Positions 53,067-64,000 of a stretch of 64,000 nucleotides of DNA are shown in pieces. Source of the stretch: Octopus sinensis (taxonomy: Eukaryota). The DNA is taken from positions 109,554,001-109,618,000 of the forward strand of contig NC_043000.1 of NCBI RefSeq assembly GCF_006345805.1. Reading direction: 5' to 3'. The number at the start of each line of letters is the position of its first letter. The stretch's first letter is position 1. A model generated the notes under the pieces. That model saw nothing but the letters and a program-made list of their open reading frames with translations. It had not been told where the DNA came from and did no database searches. Made by a program: the position numbers and the translations under genes.

Positions 53067-53790
53067 ATATATATATATATATATATATACATACATATAT
53101 ATATATATACATACATATATATATACATACATATAAGTGTGTGTATATGGAGGAATGTATGTATGTATCATCATCAGCATACATAGATTTGTGTGTGCGT
53201 GTGTGTGTATGTATGTAGGTATGTGTGTATGTGTGTGTGTGTGTGTGTGTAAAGATAGTAAGGTAATGCGGCTGGTATTTCTAGGATATCGAGTGACCAC
53301 GCAGAAGACACCGTTCTCCTTTGGGTCGACTTGGTTTTATTTTTAAACTCATTTGACGCAGGCAGACTCGTATGATGTCATATTCAACAAGTAATTATAT
53401 TCCTAGTCTGTTGTAAACAACCTATTGCTTATCAAACTGGTATAACACCATCCTCATAATAAACAGGCGATCGTCTGGTTGGAGGCAATTTCTCATTATA
53501 TACTTATAAAAAAAAATGGCAGTTGCTTTCACGCTTTATTGTGAGGCTGTTGCATCATGGCTATTATTAAAATAGACATGATGTAACATATGTTCCTAAT
53601 AAGGAAGGTCGAGGGGGAAAACCGTCAGAAGCGATCTAGACGAGACAAGAGTTTTAAAATGTAGAAAGTGGACAGAAAATAATTGTCAGGCAAGGCAACG
53701 TGGCTAACTTCGGTTCGCAACCAAGGGGTTTCTAGTTCAGTCCCATTGCGCAGCCCCTTCGGGAACAGTTCATATATATATATATACACA

Positions 53791-53874
53791 CAAGGGGTGT
53801 ATGAAAAGTGTTTAGCCTTGAAGTCTTGTGCCATGTTTTGTTTTTTGAGGCTCAAGATTTTTCATACACCCTTC

Positions 53875-53875
<1 letters not shown>
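53791..53875. mobile_element. Tiny mariner-type MITE
   Basis: 17-bp TIRs CAAGGGGTGTATGAAAA / CGAAGGGTGTATGAAAA (15/17). Confidence 0.6.
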
Positions 53876-53960
<85 letters not shown>

Positions 53961-54104
53961 TCCTCACACTACTAACCACTTCCAAGCACCCACACATGAA
54001 ATTCACTAGCCCCTATCCACATACATACACACACATAAGTCTATAAATTTTCCACAATTTATTGTATCCTATTAGAGTTGAGACGCATCGATCAATTTCT
54101 TGCA

Positions 54105-54292
54105 ACCAGCAATTCTTTGCCACCAAGATGGTGTGCCGCTCCATTGGGAGTTGAGTGTTTGAGAGTGTCTCAACGAAACTTTTCCAAACCGGTGGATTGG
54201 AAGAAGCGGTCCAGTACCCTGGCCACCCACTTCGCCAGATATAACTCCTGTAGATTCTTATAGGGCTACATTAAAGACAGACTCTGACTTCT
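54105..54292 (+). mobile_element. Tc1/mariner-superfamily catalytic fragment
   Basis: HQDGVPLHWELSV*ECLNETFPNRWIGRSGPVPWPPTSPDITPVDF...GYIKDR. Confidence 0.75.
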
Positions 54293-55450
54293 ATGACCTG
54301 AAGGAAACAAATACACCAAGCCATACCCAACATTGATGAGGGTTTGCTCCAATGCACATTGTCAGAATCCAAGTGCTGTCTAAATGTATCGCATACAACC
54401 AATGGATCCCCACATGCAAGTCTCCTGAGGTTTCAAATAAAACCTCATTTCTTTGCTTGTTTTCCGATAAACTTTGCTGAGTTAGCCTTTTCATTTTTTT
54501 TTTTTTTTTTGCCATTTTTCAAATTGTAATGGTAATTTATGGCTCCCGTGTATACGTGTGTCCCCACTCCACTGTTGGTTTGTTTACTTCCCTGTATATT
54601 AGCAACAAAGTACCTATATCACTGAACATATCAGCTGAGCATCCTGGTGAAAGTATTGTCAGGTGATTAGACTGACCATTGCATGACTATGTACCTTATA
54701 CTGCTAACAATTCGCTGCATTGGCAGAGCCAGCCATGGCCATGATTAAAACATTGAATTTAATCGGATAGGCTCAAACCTTTAACATTTAAACCAGCTCA
54801 AATATTCTGTTTTATGTGAGAAAACTAGCTACCCGACAATGTCATTCTAAATATAAGGAAGCACATCATTGACATCTTGAAGCTACGAAATAAGGTTTGA
54901 TAAATTCAAAACACAAGGAATAAAATAAGCATTACATGCAGAGCACATAGAGTAGATGAAGCACGTGAAAGAGGAAGACGAGACGAACTGCTGGAGGACA
55001 ACAAAGGGCCCTTGGCCCTGACACATTGCTGTACTAAAAACAAGACCCGTACTCCTGGCAGAAGTATTAAGGTCGTTTCCCTTGGTAAAGGGGATTGGTT
55101 TGTAAGAGTTCTGTAGAAAGCACCCATTACACTCCCCAAGTGGTTGGCGTTAGGAAGGGCATCCAGCCGTAGCGACCAGAGCCTGGTGCAGCTCTGACCA
55201 ATCCACCCAACCTCTGCCAGCGTGGAAAAGGGATGATAGTTATCTGAATACCAAAGGGTTAATGCTTGCAATATTTTAAACGTGACAAGCTGGCAGAAAC
55301 GTTAGCACGCCGGGTGAAATGCGTAACCATATTTCGCCTGCTGTTACATTCTGAGTTCAAATTCCGCCGAGGTCGACTTTGCCTTTCATTCTTTCGGGAG
55401 TCGATAAATTAAGTACCAGTTATGCACTGGGGACGATGTAATCGACTTAA

Positions 55451-57878
55451 CCCTTTAGTGTTCAGATTAATTTGTCAAATGTAATGCTTATCTGTTCACA
55501 TTAATTTTGATTTATTCAGGTTCAAGTGGGGTGTCCACAATATTTGCTTGTAACTTTGTTAATTTTCTACATACAGCTTTGAAACTTTGTAAATGGGTGC
55601 TTATATGCCAGTGGTTTATAATTACGTAATTTTAGCTGATCTTTCTGACTAAATTTGACTTTTATGGGCAGGTAAATTTAATTAACAGGTGTAAAAACAA
55701 TAATATTATGAATAAACACTAAAATTCATATTCTTAATACATCTTACCTGTTTGGTTTGCTGCTAAAACTATCCCAGATGTCAACGGCCAACAATTTTAC
55801 ATTTTTCAAGATGAGGTACATTAATTTGAATTAAAATACAGGTGTAATCGGTACACGATTTTACTATTTTTCTATATTTCATTCAAATGTCATCATTGAA
55901 AAGAAAGTACAAAACTCTTTTACTAGTCAATATACAATTGGCTATGCACTCTTATACAATTTAATGAATTCATTCACGCAACAGAATGCATCTAATAAAA
56001 AAATCTCATTAACAGGTGAGACAAAGGTGAATACAGGTGTGTAACATACTGAAAATTAATATGTAGTTCTCACTTTCACATATTATATAATAAAATGAAA
56101 AGGAATAGGCAAAATTATACACTTATGGCATATTTCTGTCATGAAATTGTCCAAAGCATCCTTTACATAAGGGCACTTGGCAAAACGAACACATAAATGA
56201 GGTCTCGACCTGGTACCCTTTTGCAGTTCTTTTTCGCAGCGAACAGTCTGAAAACTTTTTTCCGTCCGTTTATTTTTTCGAAATCAATATTTTCTCTGTT
56301 GACATCCACCTCAGTTAATTTTGCTTTTCTCCCAGTTCTGTGTTTTCTAGAAGAGAAGCCCTCACGTAACCGAGATGCGATGTCAACCCGAAATTTCAAG
56401 TGGTCGTAGTCTTTTGGTGGCGGAGGTACTTTGTGGCTTTTTACGTAAACAATGTGGGCATTTACTATAGTTAAATTAACTAAAAACCACAAAATGTACC
56501 TCCATTTCTTCCCAGGTCGACCAACTGGGTAATATGCCCGATATTGGTCGGATTTACCTACCCCACCCATATATTTGTTGTAAAAAATATTCACGAGGGG
56601 TTTCCCCTCAGCACCAACACCAGGTTGTTCGTTAGAAGACAGAAATAAAATCTGTCTTTTGTCTTTAAAAGCAGTAACTAATAAATTTTAATTTTGTATT
56701 TGCAAAATGTCCCCTCTTTTTATAAAATTTTGTTTTTATTTCAAAGCCACTGAAGAAAAAAAAAACGGTCGAAATAGAGGTGTCGGTGCTGATGGTGAAA
56801 AGGTTGTGTAAGAGACCATACAACATCAGGTCTCGTCTTTTCCCATTATACTTCTTACCTTTGTAAACATCAAAGTTTACACTATCCCGTCTACGATTCA
56901 CAAACTTCCCATACCTTGATCCCCAATTTAGTAGGTTTGGCAGGCATGTACTGCCAAAAATGTACTCTACCCTTATAGCCTATCATGGCTTCATCTACAC
57001 TGAGATACTTCCCAGGTAAATAAATAGTTTTATAATTATTTACAAGTAAATTTATCACGGGACGTACTTTGTACAGGGGATCGTAGTTTAGGTCGTTTTT
57101 GTTGGGGGCATTGGCAGAATCAGTTAAATGCAAATACTGAGATATTTTCGAATACCTCGTCTTTGACATGATGCTCGAAATACATGGGTCGCCATACCTT
57201 ACATCGGGACTCCAATAGTTACACAGTCGAGGAAGCTGTTTAACTCCAAACATAATGTTAATTGTGAAAAATGCTCTCATTTCCGCAGTGTTAGTTGGCT
57301 GCCATAGCGGATCGTTTCTTCCTCGAACAGAAATTAAATGTTGCGCATATTTGTTCGTTTCCTCCGCAACATTTTCAAAAAAACTTTCAACCAAAAATAA
57401 AAATAGTCCAGTGGTTGAGCATCAGGAGGTAAATTATGTTGTGGACCAGTGTTTTCTGTAAAATCAGAAATTGTGTTTGGTGTCGTAATTTTCGACCATG
57501 TTGCCTTGTTTACAATATCGTTTTCATCACTTTCGTTATCGAAATCTTTGTCCGAGTAATCACTGATATCAATATCAGACTCATCCCAAGTCAAAATACT
57601 TTTGTTTTCATAGATATCTTCAATATCATCAATAGTAAAACCTTCAAAGTCGGAATCGCTACTTGCTGACGCCATTTCTTTCACAACAAACGTATACACT
57701 TCTCTTCAAACGTGGAAATAACCATTTCAAAGTATTTATACTTGAATAAAGGTGGGAAAGGCTTCATCTCGCATTATTTCAAAACTAGTGATTTCGTAGA
57801 GCTGTCGGATACGACCGGATCTGGCCGGTTTGAACAAATAAAGGGGAATTAATTTTGGCCGGTTTGAACACTAAAGGA
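55451..57878 (-). mobile_element. Full-length dead piggyBac (PGBD-type) transposon inserted in a SINE B
   Basis: TTAA on both sides and TIRs CCCTTTAGTGTTCA / TCCTTTAGTGTTCA. The frameshifted transposase has an acidic N-terminus, LSVDEAMIGYKGR...YMPAKPTKLGIKVW and YNKYMGGVGKSDQ. Confidence 0.93.
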
Positions 57879-58288
57879 TTAATCTGTTTGTCTGTCCTGT
57901 GTTTAGCCCCTTGCGGGTAGTAAAAAAATGGGTATTTCGTCTGCTGTTATGTTCAAATTCCGCCGAGGTTGACTTTGCCTTTCATTCTTTCGGGGGTTGA
58001 TTAAATAAGTACCAGTTACGCACTGGGATCGATGACTTAACCCATTTGTCTGTCCTCTCTGTGTTTAGCCCCTTGTGGGTAGTAAAGTACCAGTTATGCA
58101 CTGGAGTTGATGTAATTGATTTAATCCATTTGTCTGTCCTCTCTGTGGGCAATAAAAAAAAAAATCTTAAAGTTCCATGCTGACATGAGCTGGACCATTG
58201 AATCACTTTCTCAGACATTGTTCAAAATAAAAAGAAAAAATAACTAAAACAAAAAAATTTGAATATTTATTTTGTTTATTTCATGTAA

Positions 58289-58318
58289 TTATTTGCCAGG
58301 GAGGAGGATACCATCAAA
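58289..58318 (-). CDS. RPL11: 60S ribosomal protein L11, last exon (FDGILLPGK*)
   Basis: Acceptor ttcttcttccag| and AATAAA just downstream. Matches the RPL11 C-terminus YDGIILPGK. Confidence 0.92.
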   Translation of the reverse strand, partial: FDGILLPGK

Positions 58319-58905
58319 CTGGAAGAAGAAAAAAGAAGAATTATATTGAATTTAAAGCCATGTTTAAAATATTTGGAATAAAATATTTTAATCGCCAAAC
58401 TTAATGCTACAAATCTTAAGAGAGAATATAATTAGCAACAATGAGTTTATGATGTTAGGCATATTTAATTAACTACCAAACTTTGTAATCTTTTACTATG
58501 GTTAGAAATCATTAGCTATCAAGCACACCAATTACAAAATTACCTAACTATATAAAAAATATTTTATTAAATGCTGATTACCTATGCTCACACACTTTCT
58601 GAAATATTAGAAATTGTTAAAAATCTTTCTACCTCTCATTTTCCCACTGGTAATTAATTTTCGCCAATCTTATTTAAATTCATAAACAGTAAAAATTTAT
58701 CCAATCTTTTTATCTTTAATAAAATCTTTTAACAGTTTTGTTCCCAAGCATGTTTCAGCAATTAGAATGGTTGCTTAAAAGGTTTTTCTCCACAGTTGGA
58801 GACCCGTGTTAACTTAGAAGGTCTTTCCTACAATTGAAATACAAAAACCTAACGATTATTCCTCGGTTTCTTATAGAAACCAACAGAAACCAATAATTAA
58901 TTCAC

Positions 58906-59000
58906 CTTTTGTTGGAACCACTTCAAAGCTTCTTCTTTTGTGACTTTATGTTTGACTCCGATCTTGTTCTTCTTTCGTCGGCGGAGACTCACGTTGTAAC
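58906..59000 (-). CDS. RPL11: 60S ribosomal protein L11, penultimate exon (G-YNVSLRRRKKNKIGVKHKVTKEEALKWFQQK)
   Basis: tttcag| acceptor and AAG|GTGAAT donor. Aligns to the RPL11 segment [32 protein letters not shown]. Upstream exons were not found in the window. Confidence 0.93.
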
Positions 59001-60614
59001 CTGAAATATTCAGACAATCAGAAAGAGTTTAGTCGAAAGATCATTGTAAAGTATGAAGCATGGTAAACACCGGGAGATGGGGAAGAAAGATCTACCATTT
59101 AATTACGGGGGCCTATTGCCTCCAAATTATATCAACAAGTGACCATGCTTTCACCCACATTCATCTACCATTCACTGCATTTCCCTCCCAACATCTGCCA
59201 CTCACCTCTCACACTCCGAAACTTACCCATACCACTTCATCACCCTCCTCATTCTCACCCAATTGGAGTAACCATATTACCACCCCAACAAGACACCCGT
59301 ATCTGCCTCTCCTCTCATCACCTGGTATAAAACCACTTCCTTTAATAATAGGCTGAGCCGGGGAGAGTCTGGTCTTGCAAGTTACTTGTGTCAGTGCCAT
59401 GTAAAAAGCACTCAATACACTGTAAAATGGTTGGCGTCAGGAAGAGCATCCACATATAGAAACCATCCAGCTCCAATCATCCCATGCCAGCATGGAAAAC
59501 AGATGTTAAACGGTGACGATGGGCATCATCTAGAGCAATCAATAGTTCTACAATATGTGATACTTGGAGGAAAACAAGTGAAAAGCAATAACACAGGCAA
59601 GCAAGCCTTCAATCGACAAACTATCCCCTAACCATGGGAGCAATGAGCTCTGCTTCGTTTCTATTGCTCAACATTTACACTCCCACCCCACTGCATACAT
59701 TCAATACCTTTTAAACAAAACTACAGACACATGACATTCTATCTCAACCTAGAATTCCCATTTGACAAAAACTTTAGATATTTGTTATCCACCACCACAA
59801 CTAGACTTTCAAATAGGATTACAACATTTAAACTCTCAAACGTGTTTGTGGTGACCTGTCCAGCACCATCATCATATGCTCAACAACTTCAAAATCTTGC
59901 CAATATCCTCGGTGAAAATGTCAACCAGTATAAAATTTGCTCAGCAAAGAAAATATACAAAGTAGTGTAACCAATAGTAACTGGATGCATTTAATGCACT
60001 ATGGTTGCTGTTGCACTGCTAATACAGAACCTGTGCATTTAGCACACTGCTTGTTCCAATATTTATTCTTGTCAAGTTCTACAGAGAATATTGTTCTATA
60101 TACACTAATCCCTTGCCATATCACAGTTCACCCATTGCAGTTTACAATTTAAGCTTACATCGATTCCTCCGTGGTGTTGTTCTGCATTTATAATAAAATA
60201 AATATACACAGATTATAAAGATAATAAAGGAAATATACGGTACTGTTTCTACTTTATGGATTTTCACCTATAGCAGCAGCTTTTGGAACGTAACACCCAC
60301 GATAGACGAGGGATTGCTGTATAGGTGAATACAACAGACCAAACATGAGAACTCGTGTACAGCTTCAAATTAAAACCACTTTCAACTAGATTTTTTTCTC
60401 TTAAGCACTAGATCTAACTTCCTCTACTGAAGAAGCATAGAAAAAGTTGCAATAAAAACATCAGATGCATACAAAGAAGGAAATAAATTTAGATGTCAGC
60501 TAACAATAAGTATAAAAGTAGATCGACGAGGCCAGACAGCAACTAAATTTTATTAGCCAGGCTGACCAAAACACCTAACAAACAACAGCACCAATTGGTT
60601 AAATTTTGTCAGAA

Positions 60615-60750
60615 AATTGTTCCATATTCCACGTAACTGAAGCCAACATGAAGTTGGAGCAGCGATGCTCAATATGGAAGTTGATTTAGCAATGGCAAGT
60701 CAGAGTATATAAATGGTTATACTTATATATACTCAGTGTTACATTGCTTT
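60615..60750 (-). ncRNA. Box H/ACA snoRNA in the RPL11 intron (copy 1)
   Basis: Hairpin AGCAATG..CATTGCT, H box AAATCA, hairpin TTCCATATT..AATATGGAA, ACA plus 3 nt. Same strand as the host gene. Confidence 0.82.
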
Positions 60751-61681
60751 GACTAAATGTAAACCAAATGATGGTTTTTGAAATACTAACAAGATTTGTA
60801 TTTGAATTTTATCAATTTAAAACATTATTTGGTCTTTCAACTGTTGAATACTGAAGATATATGTGAACATTACTGGACAGAAATCCTAGACCAGACACAG
60901 GAATAAGACCACTCGTAAGCATGCTTCAATCTCTGGTCCAATAGACGACACTGTCTCCTCTCTCTACATTTCTCACCTCTTCTACTATAATGGCCCCTGC
61001 TCCTCATAGCTCATGCTACATCTATCCCTTTTGCCTCTCTTCCTCTCATCACTCTAGTTATATCCAAATCCCCAACCCCACATTAATTCCTATACCCAAT
61101 CCTTCCTTTCTATCAGTCTTCGAGAATTCACTTCCTGTAGATGATATTTCACTTCTATCAAGGAAGGGACAAGCTTTCAGAATCTAACCCAGTTCAATCT
61201 GTTTTGATTTTTCAAGGGTTTACAACATTCAGTTGTATTTACCACTAATTCATACAACTGAAATCATTATATGGCAGTGTTGACCTCCAATGTCACCTTT
61301 GCCATGCTTTCTAAGGCTGGATGCTCTTTCTGATGCCAAACACTTTACCGAGTGCCTAATTTTTTTTCTCTGTGCTACTGGAACTAGTGTGGTTGCCAAA
61401 TAATTTGCAAAACAAGTCCCCTTGACTAAATGGTGAAGGAATATTTAAGAGACGAGCCATGGTCTTATGCAGTGTTCAAAGGCTAAAAAGCATGATAGAG
61501 GGACAAACCCAGAGGTTTTGCTCTACAGGAGATACCTGGCCATCCCACATTGTATAGGAGGGAGAGGTGTCAGCTGGAAAGAAGACACGTATGGTGTGGT
61601 GATGAGATGCCAGACAATCTCATGATACAAAACTTAGTCAAGAAGTACAAACAAGATACAAAAGAAAATGCTTTTGTAGGA

Positions 61682-61812
61682 CAATGTCCCTTTGAATTGA
61701 GTAACTGAAGCCAACATTGAGTTGGGGCAGGTTGCAATTAAGGAATTTATTATAGCAATGTTATGTCAAAGTAGAAGACATGGACAGCCAAATACTCCGT
61801 CTAACATTGCAT
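61682..61812 (-). ncRNA. Box H/ACA snoRNA in the RPL11 intron (diverged paralog)
   Basis: GCAATGTT..AACATTGC, H box ATAATA, second hairpin, then ACA-TTG. Shares GTTGGCTTCAGTTAC with the other copies, with compensatory stem changes. Confidence 0.78.
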
Positions 61813-62809
61813 TTTAGCAGCAAAACACTGCATCACTGCTCTCACAAAACAAATATTTCAAAATTCAAAAATAATCACAATTTTCGGATCTTTTCACTTT
61901 GACCGGCAGATTTTTAAAATAATTTCTTTGTAACTAAACACTTTTAAACTTTGTATACTGGTAGTGTGTTACATAAAACATCTTTTTCTCTCGGCTTTCT
62001 TGAGAAAATTCTGTAGTTTGTAAGCTATTTGTTGTTTAATTTCTTGCATTTCGGTAATTTCAACCAATCAATGATGTCTATTGAGGTGAATTCAATTTCT
62101 CCGGATCTTTGTCAACAACAATTATTTGCGGTGTCATAGGAATTTGTCACTGTTATTTATGAGAAAAGATAATTTAATTATTTCTATTTTCTTAAAAATA
62201 TATATATTAAACCTTAGCTTATCCAGTTACCTTGCAGTTGAATATTAATTGTAATTATTCAATACTTCTTGTAATCGGTAATAAACCAGTATATTCATTG
62301 GATTTTATTATCCCTTAATGAGTTTTTAACTTTTTTTTATTTACCAGTAAAAGATGTGAGAAATTTTGATTAATTTGTTTTGTGAATCCTTATATGTGTT
62401 TTTGTGTGTTTATGTATGTGAGTTTATATTTCATTTAGCTGTTGGCATATTCTTCAATTCCTAGTTTTCTTCTAAGACAAATTCCAGTATTTTCTTGTTC
62501 TGCCTTTATAGCACACCTGTCTTACATGCATTAAGTTCAACTGATAGATAACCTAGTAATTTGCACAATTTTGCTGAATTTACCTATATTTACCTGTAAT
62601 TAGATTCACTTTGAAGCAAAAATTATGATATATATAAGTTTAAGAACTTTTTGTTAAATTACGTTCCAAAAGATCACATATGTTGATCGAGTTATTTTAT
62701 GAAACCAATCTAAATTAACAACTACTTTAGAATAATCCTATCCAATTATGACATCACTATTATAATAAAAATAGACAGGGTTGGTTAACGGTGACAAAGT
62801 GGTTAGGGT

Positions 62810-62944
62810 AAATGTTTCATACTGGAAGTAACTGAAGCCAACATGAAGTTGGAGCAGTGTTGCTCAATATGGAAGTTGATTTAGCAATGGCAAGTCAGAG
62901 TATAAATGGTTAATTCTTATATATACTCAGTGTTACATTGCTTT
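62810..62944 (-). ncRNA. Box H/ACA snoRNA in the RPL11 intron (copy 3)
   Basis: Near-identical to 60615-60750; H box AAATCA and ACA-TTT end. Confidence 0.82.
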
Positions 62945-63112
62945 GACCTACTGGAAATGGAAATACTATATTAGGGAGTTACATATACTTTCACAACACA
63001 CACAAGATATAGCAACAGACAGCAAGAGAGGAAAATGCTTGGAGCACATTTGGTTGAAAGAAACAAGCAACAACAGTGGATAAATAATACACCATGAAAT
63101 ATGCCTGTTTAA

Positions 63113-64000
63113 CCCTTTCATTACTATATTTTTGACCAAAATACACCCCTAATGAGTTTCAATTAAATTCTAAAATAATTTAGACTAGTTTCATTAAATA
63201 ACTGTAACTCTTTTACTTATCAACATATTAATGTGATATTTGGAACATAATTAAAGAAGGGGTTCTTAATCAATTCTATTGCATAACTTTTGTCTCAAAG
63301 TGACTTTAATTATAGGTAAATCCAGGTAAACTGAGCAAAAGGTAAAAATATTAAAATTTTGTTTAAACATCACCATAGAAAATGAATCATCAGCTAATAT
63401 TCAAATGGGTATGCAACAAAATTTGACATAGAAGAATTGTGCACATCACTAGATCATCAGTTGAATTTAATGCACAACTGAACAGGTGTACCATAAAGGT
63501 GAAATAAACTGAAATACTGGAATACACCTAAATCCACTGCAAGTTTGACCGAACTAAAGAAATCAATCAAAAAATAATATACAGCCCTGGTTATGGTATG
63601 GAAGTGATAAATTCCAGACAACATCGTACCCTAGGCCATGCTGACTAACATTTTCCCTGTATAAAAACTAAATCCACAGTAGTACCCATTATTTGCTTCA
63701 CAAATTTTCCAAACTTTGATCCCCCATTTTGTGTTTGTTTACATTCTGCCTAAGTTTGTTTCCGCAGTGATCGCTTCAAACAAGCATACTGAAAAAAATA
63801 AAAGTCTAATGGTTTCGCTTCCTAAGAAAGACTATAGATAAACTCTATCTCCTCCGAAAAATTGCTAATAAAAACATTTTTAAAGTTTTTACTTCATTCC
63901 GACGTAAAATCGTCTTTGCTGTCGCTATCACTGCTTTGTTTCTTCAGAATCACAGCTTTCGGTTTCGGATACAGAAATATCCTATTCATTAATGTACCTC
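63113..64000 (-). mobile_element. Probable piggyBac-type element, running off the window
   Basis: TTAA|CCCTTT terminus, AACAGGTGT motifs like those of the 55451 element, and acidic D/S/E-rich coding-like sequence near 63900-63980. Confidence 0.45.

Noticed and set aside
63430-63540. Two hairpins ending in ACA as a fourth snoRNA
   Set aside because: No H box between the hairpins, and it lies within the piggyBac-like element.

Overview
Eukaryotic, AT-rich, microsatellite-dense genomic DNA. The SINE families and repeat style look like an octopus (coleoid cephalopod); this is inferred from memory, not a database search. There is one 100-N gap. Two genes can be built by hand. (1) A + strand gene of unknown identity: phase-compatible small exons (5832-5852, 15278-15353, 31553-31634, 35454-35532, 40634-40819 and/or 43462-43696) around a giant ~9.2 kb phase 1-1 exon (20879-30088, inside the 3073-aa ORF). 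Skipping it gives a ~150-210 aa protein and including it gives ~3200 aa. (2) The last two coding exons of RPL11 on the - strand; their upstream intron holds three paralogous box H/ACA snoRNAs. The rest is repeats: tRNA-derived SINEs, RTE and HERO LINE remnants, mariner/Tc1/pogo/hAT/piggyBac relics and Helitron-like elements. About six unrelated small elements carry type I hammerhead ribozyme folds in fold-back or inverted arrangements typical of Penelope-like elements. One family has the core C3-G8 pair swapped to G3-C8, and another has a tRNA-derived Pol III head. Almost all other short ORFs in the supplied track are microsatellite artefacts.
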